Made by a program: the position numbers and the translations under genes
Assembly (NCBI RefSeq): GCF_913774845.1
Contig: NZ_CAJYJO010000055.1
From: an uncultured Microbacterium sp.
Lineage (GTDB): Bacteria > Actinomycetota > Actinomycetes > Actinomycetales > Microbacteriaceae
Reading direction: 5' to 3' (one strand)
Length of the DNA stretch: 64,000 bases
The notes under the pieces: generated by a model
Seen by the model: only the letters and a program-made list of their open reading frames with translations
Database searches by the model: none
Told to the model about the DNA's origin: nothing
Shown here: positions 8,216 through 17,060 of the stretch, one piece after another
Position numbering within the stretch: the stretch's first letter is position 1
Layout of the letters: every line of letters begins with the position of its first letter

Positions 8216-10264
8216 TCAGCCCGCGAGCCCGCGACGCTCCAGCAACGGCTCGATCTCGGCATCCCGGCCCCGGAAGTCGCGGTAGGCGGCGAGAGGGTCG
8301 CCGGAACCGCCGACACCGAGGAGGCGCTGGCGGAATCGATCGCCGTTCTCGCGCGTGAGGCCGCCGTTCTCACGGAACCACTCCACGGTGTCGGCGTCGA
8401 GCACCTCGCTCCAGATGTAGGAGTAGTACCCGGCGCTGTAGCCGCCCGAGAATACGTGCGCGAAGTACGTCGACGCATAGCGGGTGGGGACCGCGGGGTT
8501 GTCGAGTCCGATGTCGGCCAGGGCCGACGCCTCGAAGGCCTCGACGTCGATGTCGGCCGCCGCCTCTTCCGTGGAGAGACCGTGCCACGCCTGGTCGATC
8601 CAGGATGCCGCGAGGTACTCGCTCGTGGCGAAGCCCTGGTTGAACGCCTCGGACGCGTGCAGCCGCTCGACGACGTCGGACGGCAGCGGCTCACCGGTGT
8701 CGATGTGACGGGCGTAGTGCGAGAGGATCTCGGGCCAGAGGATCCACATCTCGTTCACTTGGCTCGGGAACTCCACGAAGTCGCGGTACACCGCGGTGCC
8801 GGCGAAGTGCGGGTACGTCACGGTGGCGAACAGGCCGTGCAGGCCGTGCCCGAACTCGTGGAAGAGGGTCGTGACCTCGTCCAGCGTCAACAGCGTCGGG
8901 GTTCCCGGGGCGGGCTTGTTCACGTTGAGGTTGTTGACCACGACGGGTGCGGTGCCGCGCAGCGCCGACTGGGTCACGATCGAATTCATCCACGCGCCGC
9001 CGCGTTTCGTGTCGCGCGTATACAGGTCGAGCAGGAACAGCCCGAGCTCGCTGCCGTCGGCGTTGTGCACCTCGAACACGCGAACGTCGGGGTGATAGCC
9101 CTGCAGGTCGTGCCTCTCGGTGACCCGGATGCCGTACAACTGCTCGGCCGCGAAGAACACGCCGTCGCGCAGCACTCGCTCCGCCTCGAACCACGGGCGC
9201 AGCGCGGCACGGTCGAGGTCGTAGCGCTCGGAGCGGACCTTCTCGGTGTAGAACGCCCAGTCGTGGGCCTCGATCCGGATGCCGTCGGCGTCGGCGATCC
9301 GCTGCAGGGCGGCCTGCTCGTCGTGGGCGTTCCGGGCGGCCGGTGCGGCCAGTCGACGAAGGAGCGACTCGACGGCGTCGGGTGAGCCGGCGGTCTGGTC
9401 GGCGAGCACGGCCGCGGCGTGCGAGGGGTAGCCGAGGAGCGTTGCTCGCTCGGCGCGCAGCCGGACGATCTCGCGCAGCACCGGACGGTTGTCGTTCGCG
9501 TTGTCGCGCGCCGCTCGCGAGCGCGACGCCTCGAGCAGCCGTCGGCGGCTCTCGCGGTTCGTCAGCGACGAGAGGTACGGGTGCCCGGTGTACAGCGTGA
9601 GAGTCACGACGTACCGACCGTCGAGCCCGCGGCTGGTCGCAGCCTGCGCGGCGGCCGAGAGCTCGCCGTCGCTGAGCCCGTCCAGCTCGGCGGCATCGTC
9701 GAATACCACGGCGAGGTCGTTCGTGTCGGCGAGCAGGTTCTTCTCGAACGTGGTCGTCAGCACCGACAACCCCTGATTGAGGTCGGTCAGACGCTGCTTC
9801 TGCGCGGCATCCAGACCGGCGCCCGCCAGCGCCATCTCGCGGTGGTGACGTTCCACGAGGTAGCGGCTCTCGGCATCCAGGTCCAGATCGTCCAGCTGGG
9901 CGTGCACCGCGGCGACGCGGGCGAACAGAGCGGTATCGAGCTGGATCGCGTCGCGGTGGGCGGACATCAGGGGCGCGAGCTGCTCCTCGATGGCCTGGAT
10001 CTCGGGGGTGCCGTCGGCACCCGTCACCGTGTAGAACGTGCGCGACACGCGACCGAGGAGCTCTCCGCTGCGCTCGAGGGCGACGAGGGTGTTCTCGAAC
10101 GTGGCGGGCTCGGTCTGAGCGGTGATCGCGTCGACCTCCGTCCGCTGAGCGGCGAACGCCTCGTGGAAGGCGGGGAGGTAGTGCGCCGAACGAATGCTGC
10201 CATACGGCGGCAGATCGTAAGGAAGCGCGGGGGAGGACAGCAGGGGATTGGGGGCATCCGTCAT
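8216..10264 (-). CDS. dcp: M3 family metallopeptidase (peptidyl-dipeptidase Dcp-like)
   Basis: HEFGH zinc motif, RDFVEFPSQ and GGYSAGYYSY. Confidence 0.92.
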   Translation of the reverse strand: MTDAPNPLLSSPALPYDLPPYGSIRSAHYLPAFHEAFAAQRTEVDAITAQTEPATFENTLVALERSGELLGRVSRTFYTVTGADGTPEIQAIEEQLAPLMSAHRDAIQLDTALFARVAAVHAQLDDLDLDAESRYLVERHHREMALAGAGLDAAQKQRLTDLNQGLSVLTTTFEKNLLADTNDLAVVFDDAAELDGLSDGELSAAAQAATSRGLDGRYVVTLTLYTGHPYLSSLTNRESRRRLLEASRSRAARDNANDNRPVLREIVRLRAERATLLGYPSHAAAVLADQTAGSPDAVESLLRRLAAPAARNAHDEQAALQRIADADGIRIEAHDWAFYTEKVRSERYDLDRAALRPWFEAERVLRDGVFFAAEQLYGIRVTERHDLQGYHPDVRVFEVHNADGSELGLFLLDLYTRDTKRGGAWMNSIVTQSALRGTAPVVVNNLNVNKPAPGTPTLLTLDEVTTLFHEFGHGLHGLFATVTYPHFAGTAVYRDFVEFPSQVNEMWILWPEILSHYARHIDTGEPLPSDVVERLHASEAFNQGFATSEYLAASWIDQAWHGLSTEEAAADIDVEAFEASALADIGLDNPAVPTRYASTYFAHVFSGGYSAGYYSYIWSEVLDADTVEWFRENGGLTRENGDRFRQRLLGVGGSGDPLAAYRDFRGRDAEIEPLLERRGLAG

Positions 10265-10335
10265 CGGTCCAGCCTAGGCGGCGGACCCCCGGCGGTCACG
10301 GGGGAGGGGACAGACGCGGGAGCTCTCGAAGGGGA

Positions 10336-10450
10336 GGTCCCTGAGCTCGTCGAAGGCTCCGGTGGCTCAGACGGGCTCAGCCACCACGGCGAAGGGACGG
10401 GGACTTCGGCAAGCCCAGCCACCACGTCGAAGGGGCGGGGCCCAGCCACC
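10336..10450. repeat. Cluster of 25-nt palindromic repeat copies (REP-like)
   Basis: GGTCCCTGAGCTCGTCGAAGG (10336), GGTGGCTCAGACGGGCTCAGCCACC (10361) and two degenerate copies ending in CAGCCACC. Confidence 0.75.
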
Positions 10451-10522
10451 TCCGCGGGGCCCCGAGACGATCGAGCCCGCCGCCCCGAGCGGGGACGGCG
10501 GGCTCGTCGTTGGTGACGCGGC

Positions 10523-10771
10523 TCAGGCGAACTCGGCGTCGTCGTCGTAGCGCACGACGACCTCTCCGGCGGCGTCCTGGGTCACGATGACCCCGGTGTC
10601 GAGCTCCGCGACCGGACGCCCCTCGAGGAACGTCAGCGTCCATCGCGGGGCGGGTACGCTCAGCCCGTCGGGGTTGAGCGCCTCCTCGACCGCGGCGATC
10701 TGCGCGTGCAGCGCCTCGGGAACGGCCTTCGGCGGCTGCTCACGGGCGGTCCAACGGGTTCCGAGCTGCAT
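10523..10771 (-). CDS. Small hypothetical protein coupled to valS
   Basis: 82-aa ORF MQLGTRWTAREQPPK..., ATG overlapping the valS stop (TGATG). Confidence 0.7.
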   Translation of the reverse strand: MQLGTRWTAREQPPKAVPEALHAQIAAVEEALNPDGLSVPAPRWTLTFLEGRPVAELDTGVIVTQDAAGEVVVRYDDDAEFA

Positions 10772-13338
10772 CAGGCCTCCTGGGGTGCGAACACGATGTC
10801 GGTGACGGTGGTGGAGTCGGCCTCGGCGAACGAGATCTCCTCGATGCGTCCCACGGCGCGCAGGTCGCCCTCGGCGAGACGCAGGGCCTCGACGTGCGGG
10901 CCCGCGACGGTGAGCGAGGTCACCGGCGTCTTCTGCGAGGCCTTCGCCTCGGTCTTGGCACGACGGATGCCGATGAGGGCGGCGCTCACCGCGGTCAGCA
11001 CGGCGGGGTCGCCCTCGATGCCCAGCGGCTCGGGCCACGCGGCGGTGTGCACGGAGCCCTCTTCGAACCACGACCACACCTCTTCGGACGCGAACGACAG
11101 CACGGGGGCGAACAGGCGCACCAGCGTCGACAGAGCAGTGCGCAGCGCGAGGGCCGCTGAGGCCTGGCCGACGTCGGTCTGGTCGTAGGCGCGCTCCTTC
11201 ACGAGCTCGAGGTAGTCGTCGCAGAACGTCCAGAAGAACGACTCGGTGATCTCGAGCGCCCGCGCGTGGTCGTACGCCTCGAACGCGGCCGTGGCGTCGC
11301 GCACCACGGCATCCAGGGTCGCGAGCATCGACGCGTCCAGCGCATGCGTGACCTCGGCGCCCTCGGGCACCGGGAACGACAGCACGAACTTCGCCGCGTT
11401 CAGCAGTTTGATCGCGAGGCGGCGGCCGATCTTGACCTGCGTGGGGTTCTGGGGGTCGAAGGCCGCGTCGGTCCCGAGGCGGCTCGACGCCGACCAGTAG
11501 CGCACCGCGTCGGAGCCGTGCTGCTTCAGGATGTCGGCGGGCGTGACGACGTTGCCCTTCGACTTCGACATCTTCTTGCGGTCGGGGTCGACGATGAAGC
11601 CCGAGATCGCGGCATCCGACCAAGGGCTACGGTCGTCCTCGAGGGCGCTGCGCAGCATGGTCGAGAAGAGCCACGTGCGGATGATGTCCTGACCCTGCGG
11701 GCGCAGGTCGAACGGCGAGACGAGGTTCCACAGCTCCTCGTCGCGCTGCCAGCCGCCGGCCAGCTGCGGGGTGAGCGACGACGTCGCCCACGTGTCGAGG
11801 ATGTCGCGCTCGGCGTCGAAACCGCCCGCCGCGCCCCGCTGGTCCTCGGTGTAGCCCGGGGGCACGTCAGTGGTCGGGTCGACCGGGAGCGAGGCGAGGT
11901 CGGGCGTCAGCACGCGGTCGTAGTCGCGCTCGCCGTTCTCGTCGAGGCCGTACCAGACCGGGATCGGCACGCCGAAGAAGCGCTGGCGCGAAACGAGCCA
12001 GTCGCCGGTGAGTCCGCTGGTCCAGTTCTCGAAGCGCACGCGCATGAAGTCCGGATGCCACGACATCTCGCGACCGAGCGAGATGAGGCGCTCGCGCAGC
12101 TCGGCATCCCGAGCCCCGTTGCGGATGTACCACTGGCGCGTGGACACGATCTCGAGGGGACGGTCGCCCTTCTCGAAGAACTTCACGGGGTGCGTGAAGG
12201 GCTTGGGCGCGCCCTCCATGGCCCCGGACTCCTGCAGCAGCTCGACGATGCGCTTCTTGGCGCTGAACACGGTCTTGCCCGCGAGCTCGCCGTACGCCGC
12301 CTTCGCGGCATCCGTCACGATCACGTCGGGAGCGTCGGCGACGATCCGCCCGTCTTTGCCGATGATCGTGCGGTTGGGGAGGTCGAGCTCGCGCCACCAG
12401 ATGATGTCGGTCACGTCGCCGAAGGTGCAGATCATGGCGATGCCCGATCCCTTGTCCTTCTGCGCGAGCGGGTGCGCGAGCACCGGCACCTCGACGTCGA
12501 ACAGGGGGGTGCACACGGTCGTGCCGAACAGCGGCTGATACCGCTCGTCATCCGGGTTCGCCACCAGGGCAACGCACGCGGGCAGGAGCTCGGGGCGGGT
12601 GGTCTCGATGAACACGTCGCCCGAGCCGTCGGTCTTGGCGAAGCCCACGCGGTGGTAGGCGGCGGGCTGGTCGCGGTCCTCGAGCTCGGCCTGGGCGATC
12701 GCGGAGCGGAAGTCCACGTCCCACAGCGTCGGCGCGAGAGCCTGGTACGCCTCACCGCGCTCGATGTTGCGCAGGAACGCCAGCTGGCTCGTGCGGATCG
12801 AGTCGTCGGAGATCGTGCGGTAGGTCTGGGTCCAGTCGACGCTCAGGCCCAGCTCGCGGAAGAGGTCTTCGAACTGCTTCTCGTCTTCGACCGTGAGCCG
12901 CTCGCACAGCTCGATGAAGTTGCGGCGGCTGATGGGCACCTGGTCGGCGGCCTTGCTGCTCTTGTTGTCGCCGCCCGCGAACGGCGGGGTGAAATCGGCG
13001 TCGTAGGGGAGGGAGGGATCGCAGCGCACGCCGTAGTAGTTCTGCACGCGGCGCTCGGTGGGCAGGCCGTTGTCGTCCCAGCCCATCGGGTAGAACACGG
13101 TCTTGCCGCGCATGCGCTCAAAACGCACCTTGACGTCGGTGTGCGTGAACGAGAACACGTGGCCGATGTGCAGGCTTCCGGATGCCGTCGGCGGCGGGGT
13201 GTCGACCGAGTACACGCCCTGCCGGCCGGACTCGGCGGCGCGGAGGCGGTCGAAGACGTACGTGCCGCGCTCGCGCCACGCGGCGTCCCACTTTTGCTCG
13301 AGGCCTTCCAGGGCGGGCTTGTCGGGAATGGTGGCCAT
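10771..13338 (-). CDS. valS: Valine--tRNA ligase
   Basis: PPPTASGSLHIGH (HIGH), KMSKS, DWLVSRQR and PQGQDIIRTW; start MATIPDK at 13338. Confidence 0.96.
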   Translation of the reverse strand: MATIPDKPALEGLEQKWDAAWRERGTYVFDRLRAAESGRQGVYSVDTPPPTASGSLHIGHVFSFTHTDVKVRFERMRGKTVFYPMGWDDNGLPTERRVQNYYGVRCDPSLPYDADFTPPFAGGDNKSSKAADQVPISRRNFIELCERLTVEDEKQFEDLFRELGLSVDWTQTYRTISDDSIRTSQLAFLRNIERGEAYQALAPTLWDVDFRSAIAQAELEDRDQPAAYHRVGFAKTDGSGDVFIETTRPELLPACVALVANPDDERYQPLFGTTVCTPLFDVEVPVLAHPLAQKDKGSGIAMICTFGDVTDIIWWRELDLPNRTIIGKDGRIVADAPDVIVTDAAKAAYGELAGKTVFSAKKRIVELLQESGAMEGAPKPFTHPVKFFEKGDRPLEIVSTRQWYIRNGARDAELRERLISLGREMSWHPDFMRVRFENWTSGLTGDWLVSRQRFFGVPIPVWYGLDENGERDYDRVLTPDLASLPVDPTTDVPPGYTEDQRGAAGGFDAERDILDTWATSSLTPQLAGGWQRDEELWNLVSPFDLRPQGQDIIRTWLFSTMLRSALEDDRSPWSDAAISGFIVDPDRKKMSKSKGNVVTPADILKQHGSDAVRYWSASSRLGTDAAFDPQNPTQVKIGRRLAIKLLNAAKFVLSFPVPEGAEVTHALDASMLATLDAVVRDATAAFEAYDHARALEITESFFWTFCDDYLELVKERAYDQTDVGQASAALALRTALSTLVRLFAPVLSFASEEVWSWFEEGSVHTAAWPEPLGIEGDPAVLTAVSAALIGIRRAKTEAKASQKTPVTSLTVAGPHVEALRLAEGDLRAVGRIEEISFAEADSTTVTDIVFAPQEA

Positions 13339-13439
13339 AGGGGTACTCCTCGAGCGATATGGGCGGCACCGTGTGAGCGTGCCTGATGGGTGTGGCATTC
13401 AGGATACCGGCGGCGCGCGCGAGCGCACGCTGCGGCGCA

Positions 13440-13520
13440 CCTCCGCAGAATCGGAGCGGTGCAACGTCTTCGGATGCCGCGGAGCCGAGGGCCCGCATCC
13501 GTTGCGCGAATCCGACTCCG
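13440..13520. repeat. Imperfect palindrome related to the 43167-43346 repeat units
   Basis: GAATCGG..TGCAACG..CGGATGC...GCATCCGTTGCGC..CCGACTCCG shares the GCAACGGATGCGG core. Confidence 0.5.
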
Positions 13521-13616
13521 TTCGCGGTCAGCGCGGGCGCGGGGCCCGGGTTTCCGCACCGGGTCCAGGAACGCGGGTAGGCTGGAGTTTCCCCACAGAC
13601 ACCTCGAGGTTTCGTC

Positions 13617-15230
13617 ATGCCTTCACCGCTTTCCCGCCGCGTGCTCTCGGCGGTCGCCGTCGCCGCGGTCGCCGCCCTCTCGCTCTCGGCGTGCGCCGGT
13701 TCCGACCCCGCAGCGCAGGGCGACGGCGAGATCGTCTGGGCGATCGAGGGCGCGAACCTCTCCGCCGGGCACATGGACCCGCAGACCAGCCAGCTCGACG
13801 TGTCGGCCATGGTGCAGCGCGCCGTGCTCGACTCGCTCGTGTACCAGGAGGCCGACGGATCGTTCTCGCCGTGGCTCGCCGAGTCGTGGGACGTCGAGGA
13901 CGGCGGCGCGAGCTACCTCTTCCGCCTGCGCACCGACGTGACCTTCCACGACGGCACGGCGTTCGACGCCGCCGCGGTCAAGGCGAACTTCGACCGTATC
14001 GCCGACCCCGACACCGCCTCGGCCCAGGCCGCGAGCATGCTCGGCGGCGAGCTGTACGCCGGCACCGATGTCGTCGACGACCACACCGTGCGCGTGCGCT
14101 TCGCGCAGCCCTACGCGCCGTTCCTGCAGGCGGCGTCGACCTCGTTGCTCGGCTTCTACTCGCCCGCGGTGCTGGAAACGAAGGCCGACCAGCTCAAGGC
14201 CGGCGGCCCCGGCATCACCGTCGGCACGGGCCCCTTCGAGCTCACCGAGTACACGCCCGACCAGGACATCGTCTACACCCGCAACGACGACTACACCTGG
14301 GGGCCCGACGGCGGTGGCACGCCGACGTTCAAGACCCTGCGCGTCGACATCCTGCCCGAGGCCTCCGTCCGCCTCGGCGCGCTCTCGAGCGGCCAGGCCG
14401 ACGTCGTCACCAACCTCCCGCCGAACCTCGTCGGCCAGATCCCGGGCGATGACGAGGTGAAGTCGATCGCCTATCCGGGCCTGCCCTACTCGCTGTTCCT
14501 GAACGAGAAGTACGGCGTCTTCGCCGACCAGAAGGTGCGTCAGGCGTTCTCGAAGGCCATCGACGTCGACACCGCCGTGCAGGAGATCTTCTACGGCCAG
14601 TACCCCCGCGCGTGGAGCATCCTCGGTGCCACCACCCCCGGCTACGACGCGAGCCTCGAGAACTCCTGGCCCTTCGACCAGGCTCAGGCCAACGCCCTTC
14701 TCGACGAGGCCGGATGGACGGGGCGGGATGCCGACGGCATCCGCACCAAGGACGGGCAGCGCCTCAGCGCGCGCTGGATCGCCTGGACCCCGGTCCCCGA
14801 CGACCGCGCCGCTCTCGCCAACGCGATCCAGAGCGACCTGAAGGCGGTGGGCTTCGACCTGCAGCGCGAGGTGCTCGAGCCCGGCGCCTACAACGAGCAG
14901 TACGGCCCGAAGACCTACGACGTCACCGACTGGGGCTTCTCGGGCGTCGACGCCGACCTGCTGCGCAGCCACCTCGCCACCGACGGCTTCCAGAACGCCT
15001 CCCAGGTGAGCGATCCGGCCATGGACGCGCTGCTGGAGCAGGGCGCCTCGACGACCGACACCGCCGCGCGCAACGCGATCTACGCCCAGGTGCAGCAGTG
15101 GAACGCCGAACAGTCCGCGATCGTGCCGTTGTACAGCCCCGCGCTGATCAGCGCCGTCACTCCCAAGGTGTCGGGGCTCGCGTTCGACCTGTACGGTCGT
15201 CCGCTGTTCGCCACCGCCTCCGTCGGCTGA
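13617..15230 (+). CDS. ABC transporter substrate-binding lipoprotein, peptide/nickel (family 5)
   Basis: Lipobox LSAC; motifs LRTDVTFHDGTAFDAAAVKANF and GTGPF. Confidence 0.9.
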   Translation: MPSPLSRRVLSAVAVAAVAALSLSACAGSDPAAQGDGEIVWAIEGANLSAGHMDPQTSQLDVSAMVQRAVLDSLVYQEADGSFSPWLAESWDVEDGGASYLFRLRTDVTFHDGTAFDAAAVKANFDRIADPDTASAQAASMLGGELYAGTDVVDDHTVRVRFAQPYAPFLQAASTSLLGFYSPAVLETKADQLKAGGPGITVGTGPFELTEYTPDQDIVYTRNDDYTWGPDGGGTPTFKTLRVDILPEASVRLGALSSGQADVVTNLPPNLVGQIPGDDEVKSIAYPGLPYSLFLNEKYGVFADQKVRQAFSKAIDVDTAVQEIFYGQYPRAWSILGATTPGYDASLENSWPFDQAQANALLDEAGWTGRDADGIRTKDGQRLSARWIAWTPVPDDRAALANAIQSDLKAVGFDLQREVLEPGAYNEQYGPKTYDVTDWGFSGVDADLLRSHLATDGFQNASQVSDPAMDALLEQGASTTDTAARNAIYAQVQQWNAEQSAIVPLYSPALISAVTPKVSGLAFDLYGRPLFATASVG

Positions 15231-15243
15231 GTCCGGACCCAGG

Positions 15244-16221
15244 ATGCCGCGTTCTCGCTCCCGCGCCCTGCTGAGGCGCCTCGGCGGGATCGCGGCATCC
15301 GTCGTTCTCGTGCTCTGGGGCGCGGCGACCTTGGCGTTCGTGGCCTTCCGGATCATCCCGGGCGACCCGGTGGACGTCATGCTCGGTCCGCAGGCGCAGG
15401 TGAGCGAGGCGGTGAAAGCGGGCATCCGCAGCGACCTCGGTCTCGACCGGCCCGTGCTCGAGCAGTACGCGGCGTTCCTCGGGCGACTCGTGCGAGGAGA
15501 CCTGGGGGAGTCGTACCAACTGCGTCTGCCCGTGACCGAGGTCATCGGCCGACAGCTCGGACCCACCCTGCAGCTGTCGGCGCTGGCGCTGGTGATCGCC
15601 GTGGTGCTGGCCCTCGCGACCGCGCTTCTCGTGCGCGGACGGCGTGGGCGGGCCGTGGCATCCGGGATCGAGCTCATCGTGCTGTCATCACCGGTGTTCT
15701 GGACGGGGCTCGTGCTGCTGAGCGTCTTCTCGTTCCAGCTCGGGTGGTTCCCGGTGGCCGGAGGACGGGATGCCGCCTCGCTCGTGCTGCCGGCGGTGAC
15801 CCTGGCACTGCCGGTCGCCGCACTCCTGTCCCAAGTGCTGCGCGACGGGATCGAGGCCGCCGAGCGCGAGCCGTTCCTGCTGACGGTGCGGGCCCGCGGT
15901 GCGACGCCACGACGCGAGACGCTGCACCACACGCTGCGTCACGCGAGCGTCGGCGGCGTGACCCTCGCCGCGTACCTGGTGGGCTCCCTGCTGGGCGGCG
16001 CGGTGCTCGTCGAGACGGTGTTCGCGCGACCCGGGATCGGGCGGGTGACGCTCGCGGCGATCACCGACCGCGATCTGCCGGTGATCACGGGAGTCATCCT
16101 GCTGAGCGCGCTCGTCTTCGTGGTGGTCAACACCGTGGTCGACCTCGTCGTCCCCCTTCTCGATCCGCGCCTGCGCTCCGCCGGGACGGCCCTGCGCGTG
16201 CGGACGGGGGTTCCGGCGTGA
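15244..16221 (+). CDS. ABC transporter permease (DppB/OppB-like)
   Basis: PGDPV N-terminus, LGLDRP, EAA-like loop, ETVFARPGIG. Confidence 0.9.
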   Translation: MPRSRSRALLRRLGGIAASVVLVLWGAATLAFVAFRIIPGDPVDVMLGPQAQVSEAVKAGIRSDLGLDRPVLEQYAAFLGRLVRGDLGESYQLRLPVTEVIGRQLGPTLQLSALALVIAVVLALATALLVRGRRGRAVASGIELIVLSSPVFWTGLVLLSVFSFQLGWFPVAGGRDAASLVLPAVTLALPVAALLSQVLRDGIEAAEREPFLLTVRARGATPRRETLHHTLRHASVGGVTLAAYLVGSLLGGAVLVETVFARPGIGRVTLAAITDRDLPVITGVILLSALVFVVVNTVVDLVVPLLDPRLRSAGTALRVRTGVPA

Positions 16222-17060
16222 GCGTCGTCGCTCCCGCACGCCGGCGATCCCGCCGCGGCCGCGTCGTCGCGCTGTCGATCGCCGGCGCCGTCCTGACCGT
16301 GATCGCCCTCGCTGCGGTGGCACCGGGACTCCTCGCGACGCACGATCCGCTGCTGACCGACGTGCGCGCCACCCTCCAGCCGCCGAGCGCCGCGCACTGG
16401 TTCGGCACCGACCAGAGCGGGCGGGACGTGTACTCGCGCGTCGTGTTCGGCGCGGGGAGATCGGTGGGGATCGGTCTGCTCGCGACGGGTCTCGCCGTGA
16501 TCGTCGGGGTCGTCTTCGGTTCGCTGTCGGCCGTCGCCCCGCGCGCGGTGGACGCGGCCGCGATGCGTGTCGTCGACGTGCTGCTGGCCTTCCCCGAGTT
16601 CCTGGTCGCCCTCCTGGTCGTGGCGGTCCTGGGCCCGGGACCGGCGAACATCGCGGTGGCCGTGACGATCGCCGCCGTCCCCGTGTACGTGCGTCTGGCT
16701 CGTGCGCAGACCCGCTCGCTCGCTGCGGCCGAGCACGTCGAGGCCGCGCGCATCATCGGCGTCCCCGCCGTCATCGTGCACGTCCGGCACGTGCTGCCGG
16801 GCGTTCTGGGCGCCGTGAGCGTGCTGGCCACGATCGGCGTCGGAACGAGCATCCTCGCGGCAGCCGGCTTGAGCTTCCTCGGCCTCGGCCCCACCGAGCC
16901 CACCGCCGAGTGGGGTCTCATGCTGTCGGCCGGCCGGAACCTCCTGCTCCAGGCCCCGTGGGTCGCCGTGTTCCCGGGGCTGGCCATCACCGCGACCGTC
17001 GTCAGCGTGAGCGTCGTCGGGCGCATCCTCCGCGCACGCACCGAGGAGCGGGGCGCGTGA
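16218..17060 (+). CDS. ABC transporter permease (DppC/OppC-like)
   Basis: HWFGTDQSGRDVYSR, EHVEAARIIG, LSFLGLG and EWG motifs; GTGA overlap with the previous gene. Confidence 0.9.
   Translation: MSVVAPARRRSRRGRVVALSIAGAVLTVIALAAVAPGLLATHDPLLTDVRATLQPPSAAHWFGTDQSGRDVYSRVVFGAGRSVGIGLLATGLAVIVGVVFGSLSAVAPRAVDAAAMRVVDVLLAFPEFLVALLVVAVLGPGPANIAVAVTIAAVPVYVRLARAQTRSLAAAEHVEAARIIGVPAVIVHVRHVLPGVLGAVSVLATIGVGTSILAAAGLSFLGLGPTEPTAEWGLMLSAGRNLLLQAPWVAVFPGLAITATVVSVSVVGRILRARTEERGA

Noticed and set aside
10380-10450. Short direct repeats as a possible mini-CRISPR
   Set aside because: Units are degenerate with irregular spacing, there are no unique ~30-nt spacers and no cas genes; better explained as decayed palindrome copies.
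13339-13400. Possible T-box upstream of valS
   Set aside because: Only a small GGCAC/GTGCC hairpin; no GGTGGTACC T-box bulge and no specifier stem.
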